From: the human T2T-CHM13v2.0 reference genome, Homo sapiens | Strand: one strand, 5' to 3' | Length of the DNA: 64,000 nucleotides | NCBI RefSeq assembly: GCF_009914755.1 | Contig: NC_060932.1 | Shown here: piece after piece, positions 41,301 to 55,286 of the stretch | Position numbering within the stretch: the stretch's first letter is position 1 | Layout: each line of letters begins with the position of its first letter | The notes under the pieces: model-generated | What the model saw: the letters and a program-made list of their open reading frames with translations, nothing else | Databases searched by the model: none | What the model was told of the DNA's origin: nothing | Translations under genes and position numbers: made by a program

Positions 41301-44300
41301 TAACATTGAAATTTAAATGATAAAATTGGTTCATAAACATTTCTGGTGTTACAAAAGGGTTATACAGGCCGATATGTAGAGTTACGGCCTCTCATAACCA
41401 ATTTTTTTCTAGAAGGTTTTCAAAGGGCTGCTTCTAATATTGCATGCTTAATACAGAGAGAGCAGAAAAACACCTCTTTTACCTACACTTCTCCAGAATA
41501 AAATAATTTCTCTTTGTCTCTCTGGTCACAGAAATAAGTACTTTGGTTCATTGGCCCCCTGGAGCACTGATACTACCCTACAAGCTGACGTTGGTGCAAG
41601 TATTAAAAAATCTTCAATCATATAACTCCAAGCCATTCATATTAATGTGCCTGCGTCAAATTACCCTTTCTATTCTTCAGGAAGAAGAAACACCATAAAA
41701 TGTTCTCCGAATCCATAAAGACAACACCATTGGCACAGATAGGAATTTTGCTCTGAAGTGACAGCACTCCTCTTCTGAAACATGACCTAATGACTATAAA
41801 GGGTTTCTTTGGAAACACCATATTTTGTCATTAAACTGTCTTTACCACATCACATGTTCCCAAACCATTCTATACCAATGTTCCCTGAGAGTTAAAGATG
41901 GCTCTGAAGAAAAACTGTCATCTTTAATAAAGAAACGCAATAGACGTTTGTCATGGGGAAAGGCCCAATTTACTGTGTGGTATCTCTGAGTTTCTATTTT
42001 GTCTTGAGTGTTTTCAGCACATTCTCTCCACATTCCCAAAAGTTAGAAAGTGTATTTTAAGAAATGCCACCATTTTTTACATTTACTAAGAACGACATAC
42101 TCAGAGACTTATTTCTGTGGAAATGTAGACCACAGAATTTAGAAACACACAATGTAAAAGAATTCACCATGCTTTAGGATACCACTAAGCTTTTGCCAAG
42201 CAATAATGGTATCTTAATGTGTGCAGTACACACATGAAACTGTCTATGTCTTTTCATTGAAATTAGTTCTTATTGTAGCAAGGTAAACTTGAGGATTACA
42301 CACATTCCAATATTGGGAAAAGCGCCTTTTTTAAAAACTCGAGTTCGCTAATACCAATCCTCTTTCAAGAAGGAAAACTGCTCTTTCTTCTCGAGTCTCT
42401 CAGCAATTGGTTTCTGGCTTGAATATAAGGCCTGCTCTTCTGCATCCTACTCTCTCTCTCTCTCGATAGAGTGTGAAGAGCTGTGGGCAGAGACTGATTC
42501 ATAGATAGCATTTTGCACAGTATTTGGCCCATTTGTTGAACCAATAGTTCATGGAATTAAAATGCATTTTGTTTTTCTTTGCAGAACCGTCATGGCATCA
42601 CGTTACAATGTTTCAGCTATTTTGAAAAGCCTTGATTTGTTGGGGGTGGGGGAGAGGCAGAAAACTGTTACAGTTCTCTCCAACGAAGACAAAATGCCAA
42701 TAAGATCCATTAGGATAGTGAGTTTGAAGAAATGACAGAAACCGAATATTCTTCTGTGGGCTGTGTATACAAACACTTGGGTGCAAAGAGCCCCATGCTA
42801 TTTAAATGGATGAATTCTCACATACATTTGCTATTCATCCTACTCTGAGGATGTTAGAAAAATGGGAGCAGATTTAGTTATTCATCTTTACTTGCCTAGT
42901 TAGCTCCCACGGAAGAATATAAAAATACTTCAATAAAATAAGAGATACAAGAAAGGTTCTTCTGAGTGCATTCTGTGTGCAAACATGACATATTTAATTA
43001 GTATTATATTCCATCTTTAAAAAGACACCCAGGATTTGAGATATGAAATTACCTCTTAATAACGGACAGCTGCTAAACTTCTCAAGCAACCATAACTGCT
43101 ACTAGTTAGTGCAGACCAGAAGTGACTATCTCTCAGAACGGAGCAAAATGCGTATACATGTAGGTCACAGAATAACAAAAGTAGAACTAGAAACTTACTG
43201 TTTTTATACTTCTCCATGGAACAAGAGTGGTGTACCTATGATGTAAGTTCATGTGACTAAAAGCAACACAAACAAGCAAAAAAGCTGCATTAAATAGATT
43301 ATGAAATTACTTGTGGTAGGTAACAGATGTGTTACTGAGGACGTTTTGTTTATCCATTGCAGTTAGGTTGAAGAGAATCATCAGGCTTATAATTTTGCTT
43401 AAGAAAACTAGTTCATCTTCAAAAAGCAATTCTTTTTGGCCCCCACTCTATCAGGCTGCACAGAATTTTCAAAGCAGCACCATGTTGTAAAAAATGCCCT
43501 TTTAATCAGATTACCCTTGGCGAACGTCCCAAACTCAGGCTGAAGTGCAGTGCTTGTGGTTTCTCAACAGCTTACACTAAGCCTGCACCATGGAAATAAT
43601 CTACTTTTAAAACCCAGGAAACAAATCGACTGCACTAAGGACATAAGTCGCTGTCATTAGGGAGTGATTAGGCTAAACATTTTTATACACTCTACTAGCC
43701 CACTTTCAAATTATATATCTCTGGCAGATAGGAAGAAAGGTACTTCAGGTGAGTGTTCGGAACAGCCATGCGGAAAAGTTAATAAATCCAAATGAACAGA
43801 ACAGTAAGAGGAAGAATTAAAAGAGCTCTTGTTTTATTTTTAACTTGCTAATACCTGAATCAGGATTTCAGGAATCAAAAATGGAGCGTTTGGTCATATA
43901 ATACACATACCCAAAATATTTTTCTTTTCAGCATATTTTTCTTTTTAGCATAACTTTTTTTTTAAGGTTTAGTACATCACATGTCCCTATTACTTATTTT
44001 AGGCTAACATGCTTCCTGTGTCACATACTTTAAGTAGGAAATTCCATGGAGATTAAGGAAAAGAAAATATCATTTTTATAATCGATCATTAGAGGCCATC
44101 CCATTCATCTTTCTTTAACAGTTAGTTTTGGGGATTTAGTGGCTCATCTTTGCGTTACATTGTGGAATATAGTAGGAAGTTACAGCATGATTCCAAATGT
44201 AGCCGCCTCCTCTTGTCCCACATCCACCCGCCCCCGGAACTCCTCCCCTCACATACCCTGATAGAGTGCCCTGGTAATAGAAGGCTTACAATCCCAGACT

Positions 44301-47300
44301 ATATATTTATTTTACTTTTTAAAATGTGTATATGCATTAATGAAGTTGAACATTCAGTTGCTTGTTTTATAACTATTTCTGATTTTTTTCTTATTTCTTT
44401 TGCTTTTGTTTTGTCTTTGAGAAATATAAGTGAAAAATATCAACATGCTTTGTACATGTAGAAAACATTGACTTCTTTAATGAAAGAAGCTAAATATATG
44501 CTCTCAGCCAGTGGATATGGGAAGTTTATTTTTTCCCCATGGGCTGAAAAAAGATTGGATTTAAGAATGGGCTATTCCACCGGCCCAAAGCTCTGGCTTG
44601 AGCAATCTTTGATTCCTACTTTGGACAATCTGCTGATAGTTTCATTTCTAATTTATGAAACATTTCATTAATCCTCAATCTGTCAGCTCTTTTTTGACAA
44701 CAATAGAGGCTGACAAAGATTAATATTTATTAAATATGCTTTACAATTTTTTGAAATACTCAGTTCATTTTAGTCCCCATTTCACCTAATTCTAAACAAA
44801 CTGTAACCTTCCTAATTTCCTGAGCAATCAAATAGAGAAGACAGCAAAACAATTCTTTAAATACCAAATTGTATAATAACAGATCTAAACACAACATTCA
44901 GAAAAAAAATCAAAATACAGCTATCCTTGAGCAGAACTGCTAACATTCATATCAAAAGCATCTCCTATCCCAAGTATTTTCAGCATACATTTTTTGTGTG
45001 CTCTTCTTCCTCATCCTCTCTGCACCCCCCCTCCACTTTTCCAATCTCATAAATAATGCATGAACTGATAAATATGCAATTTCAAAAAGTGCAGACAAGG
45101 CAGCACTGCATTAAATAAAAAAAAGAAAAGAAAAGAGCTTGTGCTTTTTACACACAAGTCCTATGCTGCACTTTACGGATGACAAATTTTCTAGTATTCA
45201 AACCCTGTGTTGTGTATATGATAGGAGTGTGACTGCATTTCTGCTCATATACCTTGCTAGACATGTTATGAATTGTTTGAAGAAGACTGTAATACACAAA
45301 ATAATATACATTTAAGGAAATGAAGTTAGCAATGTTTTAAAGCTAGGCACTTTATATTTGGAATTTTTGACTAAATAGTTTAAATGTTCACTCTATCGAG
45401 TTAGAAGATTAGAGATGTGCAAGTTTTGCATATAGGATAATGCTCTAGTGACAACACCACAAAGGTCTCAAACTCCTAAGGTTTTTCCTAAGCAAGAGTC
45501 ATTTATTTGACATCATAAGAACAGTCTTAAGGGGCCAATTTCACAAGATCAGCAGTAAACTGTTCTGCCTGAGCTTTCAAACAGGTAAAACCACCCATCT
45601 AAGAGCCAGTATATAGAGCAGAGCCAGGACCTCCATTTTGTGGGCTAATTGCTTGATTACCAGCCTGAAACAAAATGGAGGTGAGACCTTTTTAAAGCAG
45701 CCCAGGGCTGATATATCAGAGGGAAATAGGAAATGTTTTAAGGGGATAAAAACATTCCTTAAAGAACCATAGGCATCTAATCAGATAAATATTAAAGGTT
45801 ATGTAATAAATATGGATTATTTGGATTTATGTACTGAGAATAGAGATAATAGATAGGAATAAAGTATGGATTGAAAAGAGAGCTACTCTAGTTTAGCAAC
45901 AGTTAAGTTTTAAAAAAGGAAACCTGATTTCAGTCAGAAATGTAACCTTTCAAATGAACACTTAAATTGGAAAACACCATGGGTAAGAAATAGACCACAG
46001 CATTTAATTTGGACCAGCTAGTTGGAAGCCTATATTTACTGTACTATAATTTCAAATTTAATTAAGTCACACTGCTGACGCCAGTAGCATCAACACAGTA
46101 AAGATGATTAATTGCAAGCGTAAATGAAATATAAACAGCCCTAAAAGTAACATTAATGCAGAACCTTGCACACAGAAATGGTAAGATCGATTTAAGTGTA
46201 AGCGCCTACCTGCGTCTTTGAGACACATGCCAGAATTGGGATGATGGTCCTGCATTTGAATGTAATCACTGTACCAAAAATATAACCTTTTACGGGTCAT
46301 TATTTTTCTTAAGACATGTGTCCAACCTCCCCTTCTCCTCTCCTCCCCATACCTCAACCCCCAACATGATTTGTTATCTTATAGAAGACTTTTCACACAA
46401 TTTGCATTGTCATCTTATGGATTGGCTACCGGTACACAAACATGAGCTGACACACTGCAATGGTGGGACTGGGCTGTCACAACAAGGCAGCTGGACTGTT
46501 ATATATTCACTTTGCTTCCATTGTGCTTCCATTCACAGCAGCAGTAGGACAAAGGGCCCGCCAGAGCTAACCACGGATTGTCACCTTGATTTGTCCAGTC
46601 TAGCAGATATGCAGAAATGAATTATATTCTCCTGCTTATGAACACAACACAGAAGCAAATAAGCTTGCAAACAGCATTTTCCAAACCATATTATCTAAGA
46701 AATATCAAGCTTCATCCTAGATACTACATGCTGCCTTGCTCAGTAGGTGAGGAAAAGCAGAAAACCGGTGAAGACACAAAAAGGCTCTTCTCCAGTAATA
46801 TATTCTTGACATTAGAAACTAAACTCTCTCTGATTGAGAGATATGTAATTTGCATTCTGCTTAGCTTTTATTTTTGATGAAGGCTATCAGAATGCTTCAA
46901 AATGTAAACATATCACATTTTTGAAAAGAATATGTAATGTGAAACCTAGTAAATAAAGCTGTTGTTCTTTTAAGAAAAACTATACTAAACTGAAATATTT
47001 TTCCTTAAAAATGATAAAATGAATGATTTCATGCAATGTCTATTTATAAGATACTTCTCAATAAACTCAAATCTTGTCTTATATAAGTTTTACCAAATGT
47101 TAAAGCTCTAAGAGTGAAAGCACCCAAAATAGTTTGCTGCTAATGAGAAAATTCACTGGAAGACTTTTTTAAAATGCCAATTGTTTAATTTACTACTTTA
47201 TTGACAAAGAGTTTGTATGCCTTTGAGATCCAGGCAGTTTTAATATCAACACATGGATAAATGAAGCAAAAAGGGTTTAGAGATTTCTTTATGAAAACAT

Positions 47301-47438
47301 GTCATCAAAACCAGAGAACAGAGGGAAATTGTTGTCTACCAGCTTTCTGAGTGAAGGTTAAAAAAAAAATTCCTTCATGCAGCAAAGAAAAAAAAATTGT
47401 TACCTTGAAAAAAAGCCTCAAACCTTATAAAGATCATT

Positions 47439-47479
47439 TCTCTCTCTCTTTCTCTCTCTCTCTCTCACACACACACACA
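47439..47479 (+). repeat. (TC)n(AC)n compound microsatellite
   Basis: Read directly. Confidence 0.9.
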
Positions 47480-50400
47480 TACCTTACAAATTATTTCCAT
47501 TTTTATAGACAATTCTGCATTTTTGCTGATCCTTCAAAAACACATTTTTTTTTATAAAACCATCGCTTCATATTTAAGAGTTCTTGGAGCAACAGAATTT
47601 AACCTACAGTTTGTCTTATTATTATTTGTTAATGTTACCTCCACAGTATGTGCAGAGTGCTTGCCTCTGAAGAAAAACCTAGAAAAGCATTCCACTTTTT
47701 TTTTTAAGTAAGATAAGGCTAATCTGAAGATGCTGCATTTAAAAACCAAAATATTCCATTGTGTGTCTGAGCATATGATATTTAAAATAGCCGTCTTAAA
47801 AATATGTACCATTCAAAAGACCTATTAATTTTGCATTTTAAACTGTACTATTCTATTGTCTTCTGCTTAATACACATGGATTCTGTTCACAAAGCAACAC
47901 TTGGTACCTAGTGTTTTAAATGGTGAGTAGCACAAACCAACATGATACACGTAGTTATAGACAGCATGTATGAAAAGAACATAAAACCCTACCCCATACA
48001 GAAATGCAAATGTTACTTGATCAAAGGGCTGCAGTTTCACAGTGAAGGAGTCGGTCAAAATAAAACCTTTAGGAGGATGCGTAAGAAAATCTTGCATAAT
48101 TTTCTTCAAATATATTTAAGAAAAATCGAAATATACCAAAATTATTATTTATTATTGTCCAAGGAAAAATTGTACAGATGCGTCTTTCCTTGGAATTCTA
48201 TGCAGCCAACCATAAGAGCTCTGTGACCATTCACCTGACTGCAGCAGAATCAGGGCTTGATGGTTACAGAGGGTGACAGAAAGGGACCATTGGAAGTGCT
48301 GTTATGCAGTTTGCAGGGGAAGATTTCAGCACATTTCAGCTTTATCTAGTTATACTAGGTAGTTTTTTTTTTCATTTACTAGTTGTGCATAGCTCTCAAT
48401 ACTGGAATTCAACTTGTACTCAGTGACCACCATTTATAGCATTCTTTGCTTTAAGATTCAGCATTATGAGAGAGATTTTCAAGTTGCCTTGGCATTTCAA
48501 TCTGCTTTATAGTTGTAAATAAAATTTGCACATTAGTGCCTTCATGCACATGGTCCTCTTTGAAAAAGATATGATTCCACTTTATCCCTTTATTTAATCA
48601 TAAGTTCTGAGAACATAATACAGAGTACTAAGGTTTTCTTCAAATTCTTTGTAGAAATACATGCTCGGTTTAGGGCTTTGGTGAAAAATGTGATCTCCAG
48701 GGCTAAAATGGTTTCCTCAAAGCCTGTCTTTTGTGCATTTAAATTACAGCATGTACATTTCTCTTTAAAATTGAGCATGTTGTATGAAACATGATTCTGG
48801 AATTTGGAGTTATTTGGAATTATTTTATAATAAGTACAAGTTAGAGCTCTGCATTAAACGTAGAAGGGCATTCTATAGTCATTAAAGAGGGAATATTGAG
48901 AATTTAAAGGTTCAAAATAAGTACATACAACCATTTGTTAAAAAATCAGTAACTATGCTCAAGAAAAAAATAATGTTTTCAAGCATTTAATGGAGGACAA
49001 AAATAAAATATTTGTGAACATAAGATTTTGTTCCAGAAAATAATCATAATCATTCACCTCCTCTCCCCAATATATTCCCTCTCCCCTCACCCAGAATGTT
49101 CTCTTGAGACAGGTTAAAAAGGGAGGGGGGCATCAAATCACTGTTTAGCATTGTCCTAAACTTTCATTACATTTAAGAGCAAGACAAGCCACACAGTTCT
49201 GCTCCCTGATATATTGTTGAGTGGGCCTTCTAAGGTTCTATTTTCCACGTAGGGTCAAGACTGCTGACATGGGATTAATCAGCTACTCCTCCTAAACCAT
49301 GAATCAGAACAATTGCTGTCAGTTTCATATGGTACAACTGCCTGGAAATAGAAGAGTTGGAAAGTGAGAGAACATATCAGGAATGTAGAAAAGAAAATGT
49401 TAGTGGACAGTTGTAACTCCAATTTGGCTACTTGTGATTTGGTGTAGTCACCAAATTAAAATGATGAAATATATGTTTAACCAAGTGCTTTCGGAACATC
49501 CATCCCCCATCTTTTTTCCCTTCTTTGAGATCTTGCACATTTATCAATTGTGACATTTTATAAAAACTTCACACTCCTTTACTTTCTTTTGGTAGGCACC
49601 ATTTGTATTCCAGTTCACATTAAAACATGTCTATTGACCCAGGGTTAAAATCAACGAAGGCAAGGCAAAATGCGTGCAGCTTTTCTGCATACATATTGCA
49701 GAGCCAACATTGTATTTAACCTCTCCCTCAGTGTTTGCATTACAGAATTGGAAAATACTAGGTGCAAATGTCTGCATAAAGGGAAACGGAAATCCTTCAC
49801 TATTAAGGAGGAGTGTGACAAGCTTCTTTTTATATGATGATACACTTAACATCAAAATGGCCTGCTCCTAAATGAGATCACTCTATTACTAATGATGATA
49901 TGAAAATGGACACACTGATCACATGTTTGGAAAAACAACTATCTTTAGCTTTGTAAATGATATTCAAACAAAACCAAGAGTTATTTTTCTTGGGGATAAA
50001 GTACCACATGCAAATTAGCTTTTTCTGTTTGTTAGCTTTAGAATTAGATACTTTCAGGAAAGTTAGTGTTAATACTATATGATATAATACGTGATCAGGA
50101 CATATGGACAAAGGTGATTAATAATTGTGCCGTGCCAATGAAATAATAGTGTATTAGAGAATCTAAAACTAAGGGAATTTTCAAAATGAAAGTTTATTTT
50201 CATTACCATAATATTATTCAGTAGCACTATTCTGTTTAATTCTAAGATAGAATGTTTTAGAAAACAGTCCTTCCATAATTAAAAATTAAATAGCTGTTTT
50301 AATATCGATATATTTTTAAAAGTTAAAAGATTTGTTACTCAAAATGGTATGAACAAAAATTATATATGTGATAATATAATAATGCACAAATAGCCATTTA

Positions 50401-52999
50401 TAAATGGAACCATTTCCTATGTACCTGAGATCTGCTTTTACATAACTGATTGAAAGTAATAAATTTACTTTAATGTTTCATGATGCTACTACAAATGAAT
50501 TCATAGCATATGAGAAAATAGAAAAATATTGAGATTGTCCATAAATAGTGCAACAATTATGTACATATATATATAATCCATTTTACATATACATAAATTA
50601 TATTTTATCTTAACCATATACACAGTATAAACATATGGGCAATTAGAGGTTTATCATTACTAAAATACACTACAGAATTGGTATGTTAAATGAAATGGAA
50701 TTATTTTACAAAAATGGTATGTAATAGAAAAAATACATGTTCATTTTAGTATGCAATAATAAATACTCATTTTATAACACAAAAATTCTATGGTCATAAT
50801 TTTACATGCAATATTTGGTGTATCTACACAAAAGTTCTCAAGAAGATTGAATCACAAAAGAAAGAAATGGAAGTATCTGTTATCATTTGTCACAAGAATT
50901 TATTCTTCTCCAAAAAATTTACCTTATAACTTCAAAACATTACTTGGAAACAAATATATAGCTATCATCACCGTCTTTAAGTTTAGAACAATATTTTTAA
51001 TGTTTTTGTAGACGTATTGATTTGATTAAATAGGATGGGGATTGAAGTTATAACTATATTATTGCTCCATTGAAAAATACTTTGACAGAAAAAAGTGCAG
51101 AATTATGTGAACAAAAATTGGCCATAAGTATTCATAAGAAACACTGCTTTTGGAAATAGGTGACTTATTTTTATCCAAAAGCAATTAAAGATGAATGTAT
51201 TTTATAATTGAGGAAATATTTGATTATAAAAATAATTGGTTGTAGTGTAATTTAAAAATGACTGCTTAACAGTTCTCTGACGTTGATATATAAGACATTT
51301 GATAAAATTACTGCCAAGTTTTCAAATTGTACAAAGCAGTGTAAATAATTTGTAAAAGGCTATTTAGAATGATTTTAATCTTCTTTCCTGTTTTATTAAT
51401 AATTTGTATACAAGTAAAAACACAATAAAAATATTTCTACAGAATTTCATAAATGTACCCGGATTCTATATGTATTTGTTTAGCATTGCCAGGGTTAATT
51501 CTAATTTGAAGCATTTAATGCTATTCTTATTATTTCCAAGGAAATCCATAGGATCAATGTTATTGCCCTAATGCTTGAATAAAAGCTTTGTATGAAGTGA
51601 TTTATAGAACATGATATTCAAATCTGTTTTTGAGAAAGAATATTCTGCTTATCCAAAATAAAATAACAGGTGCTACATATTTTAAAATGATTTGATAAAG
51701 ATGTTCGGGAATGAAAACATATGCCACGTATCTCGGAGTAAAATCAGGGTAACCAAGTATACATAAAGAAGAGCAGGTTTAAAGCTTAGTGTTACACCTG
51801 AATACAATTTCTGTAGAACGAATTCAAAGTGCTACACACATGCAGAGGTGCTCACAAAGAGTGGGGCAGGGAGCAGGCCGGGGAAGAGGAAAGAGGAAGC
51901 CTTAATAACCTTTAGTAAGACAACCAATTCATCGATGTGACTCCTACCATTCTCCCCAGAATGATTTGCACCAAGAAAGGCTGGACACCTAGATCAAAGC
52001 CACACTCAGCCTTGGGAATCTGGCTAACTTGTCCTCAATTATAGATGACATTTAGGCAAAGAAAGAAAATATTTTCTCACCAGCAAATGGAAAAAAATTT
52101 ATATTTTAAAATTGCTGAGTAGACATGCACAACTGGACTCCCAACCATTTTTACTTGCCTTTGCTCCACCAATATTTTACCTACTTTCTGCATAGAATAT
52201 GGGAAGAAGGTTTAAAATTACTGTATATACCTAGAAACAGCACAATCAATACTTAATAAGCTTTTAAAATTCCATGTGAGTCTATGGAAAAGAATCAGAA
52301 AACAAGTATGACAACGATTTATGAAACAGAATTTTTTCCTGTCAAAAATTAAATCAGTGTGAAATCTGGCTTCCTGCTAATGAAAATAATATCAAAGGGT
52401 TGCTAATTATATCAATGTTTTGTAGCTACAGAAATATTGTTATCTCTGCTTGAAAAAACAAATCTCTGAAATTGTTTACCAAATAGTTGGATGATACCTC
52501 AGAATTATGACTGTAGAATATACTTTGAAGAAGAGAGAATTCTGCTGGCAAACTAAAGACTTCGATTTAAAATATCTAAAAAGGACTTTGGTATTTTAAA
52601 ATTACCTTTTAGAGTAGCTATTTATTTTTAACATAAATAATTTTTTTGGTTAAATGCTACTCTAAAAATCCAAATGAAGAAAACAAAACTATGATAGGAC
52701 AATAATAGTGTTGTGTAGCAAGAATTATTCTTAAATATCAACATATTTACCTCTAGGTAGTATTTGGTTAATAAAGTTTCCCTTATAAGTTAAAGTTTAA
52801 GAGACTAAATCACACAAATTATTAAACCTCTATTCAAACCATTGTCTGAATCTGTTAAGAATAAATGTTCTTAAAGGTTTATGTGTATCTATTTTTAAAA
52901 AGTATTCATGCCTGCCCTGCTTTATACCAGATAAATACACTTTAAAAGTTTCCACTGAATTTTTTAAAATAAAAACATCTTTATAATTATATTTTTCTT

Positions 53000-53220
53000 T
53001 TTTAATCCATTGTGTAAAATAACCAAAAAGTAGGAAAAAAAAGTGTGATAAGAAAATAAATTATCTACAATCCCCACAATCACAGGCAAAAACACTTTAG
53101 AATATTTCCTTCCAGTCTTTTTTTCTTAGGATTTTATATTTTATAAAAATTGATAAAATAAATTATACATAATTTGGTATTCTGCACTTTTGTTACAAAG
53201 TGTGTTAGAATTTCACTGCA
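53000..53220 (-). mobile_element. Very old L1ME/L1MC 3'UTR fragment
   Basis: gaaaataaattatctacaatcccca..atatttccttccagtctttttt..tattctgcactttt. Confidence 0.55.
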
Positions 53221-54253
53221 TGCTCTTTACAAACAAAACTATAAATATTATATGATCTTCCATCTTATGAAAATATTAGCTACATCACTTTTCAGGAAAC
53301 AAAACAGGATATTTGTTATTTGAAAGATACTATGATGAATACTTCTTTTTAAGACAATAATTGCCACTGAATTATTTTTCCTTCTTTCCTTTAATACTTT
53401 AGAATTTTGTGGGTTATTTAGAACAAAAGATAAAGATGAACTCTGAGTTTAGTGAAAATGGTTATCAGATAAATAGCTTAGCTTTCACAACATGTCTTGC
53501 CAAAAGCTTGCAAATCGTTCCTCACTTGGGGGCATGTGAGAAAGGGCTGTAATAAGAATAGCTGAGATTTGCTGGAGCAAAATCTTACGGAAAGAAGAAT
53601 CTGCAGGTTTAAAAAGGTAATGCTGTAATCTTACATTTATTCCGGAGCAAACCATAGATGTGCAGTGTGACCATTTGCAAATATCATTTAAAAAGAACAC
53701 ATACATATGAATTCATATTCATTGCAGATAACCTTGTTGTTTTGTATGTAGAGATGATGTTTGTGTGTGTGATATATGTACACTCACCTTAAAATGTATC
53801 GAGAACCAAAGTCACATGAACTGCTGAATGAAATAATGAGGAAAATGTGCAAGAAGGCATGTAAATAGGGTAGATACTTAACAATGTTGCAGGTGACATA
53901 AAGATTTCCTTTCTTTGCCGAATTTCTCACTATCAAAAATTTTCCCTGAAGAAGCAATGGTCCTATTTATATCAATAGGGTTTTGCAGGTCTTTAGAGAC
54001 ATTTTACTGAAAAAAAAAGACAAAATTCCCCATTTTAATTAGATAGATATTTCTGACACGTGACCAAAAATTTTTTTCTGCTCTTTTACTGATCATTCTA
54101 ATTGACAGAAATAACCTGGTGCTAAAAATAGGATGGAATATCTTGAGATAAATGTAATAATAGGTTTTGCATTTTGACTAATTTTTAAATTTAATTGAAC
54201 AGTTATTTTTGCTAAATTGATCACCTTACTTAGGTTGGGGGATATATTTTAGA

Positions 54254-54279
54254 GTGTGTGTGTGTGTGTGCGTGTGTGT
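54254..54279 (+). repeat. (GT)n microsatellite with one interruption
   Basis: Read directly. Confidence 0.9.
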
Positions 54280-55286
54280 TGAGGGAGGAGAATTATGGGT
54301 AGGAAAGTTTTATGCCTAAGGAGACATAGAAATGATTACAACCACAGGAAGTATTTAAAATTACACACACAGTCATCGCTGATGCTCTGATTACAAGTGT
54401 CAAATGTTTTTCACATGTTTCAACTATAAAATAATCCAGGTACCATTACTTTAGAAAGACAAAATATAATGATATTTGCATGTTAAAGATCTAAATGTAG
54501 TATTAATTGTACTGTTTTTTAGTGGAATTTATTTTTAAATAAAGTGCATAGTACATATTTAGAAATATAGTACTCTACACCCCGGCTTGCAAAACAGAGT
54601 AGGGTTGATTTAAATGACACTTTTGAAAGGAACACGTCCTAAGATGTGCTCTCTCAGTTGTCTTGCTGCTTTATTTTAATATGAAAAAGATAATCTAATC
54701 TCTACTTGCTAAAAAGATTATGCATGTATTTATTTATTTAAAATTAGGATATACTTGATATCATATTAGTTCCAGACACACAAAGCTAAGAAAGAATGGC
54801 GAGCCCAAAAAGTCTAAGCTTGAGTATCTGTTTTATTGCAACTCTCATTTTGTAAAGTAACAAGAATGTTCATTCTTCATTTAATAAAAAAAGTAATTGT
54901 TTCCACTTTCCCTGTGAATCATCGGATTGAAGAATGAGCACTACTAGATTTGAAGGAAAGTGAAAACTAAAGATGTTCTTTCATGTTTTCCTTGGGGGTG
55001 TAAAGGGAGATTGTTCTTTTCCAACGTATTTCATACCAGGAAGTTAAATTTTATTTTGTGGATAATTTAATTACCTTTCATACATCGTAGATTCAGAACA
55101 TTGTAAGGCACACTTCCATTTTCCCTTTTTCCCTCATATCTCACATAACCACTACTCACAGAATGATAGAAATCTTTGAAATGCTCATGTTGTCACATGA
55201 GACTGATTCTTTGAAAAAATTACAATCTTTGTGTTTTTAAGGGAACTTACATATGAATTTAAAATTCATATCTTAATCTATTAAAA

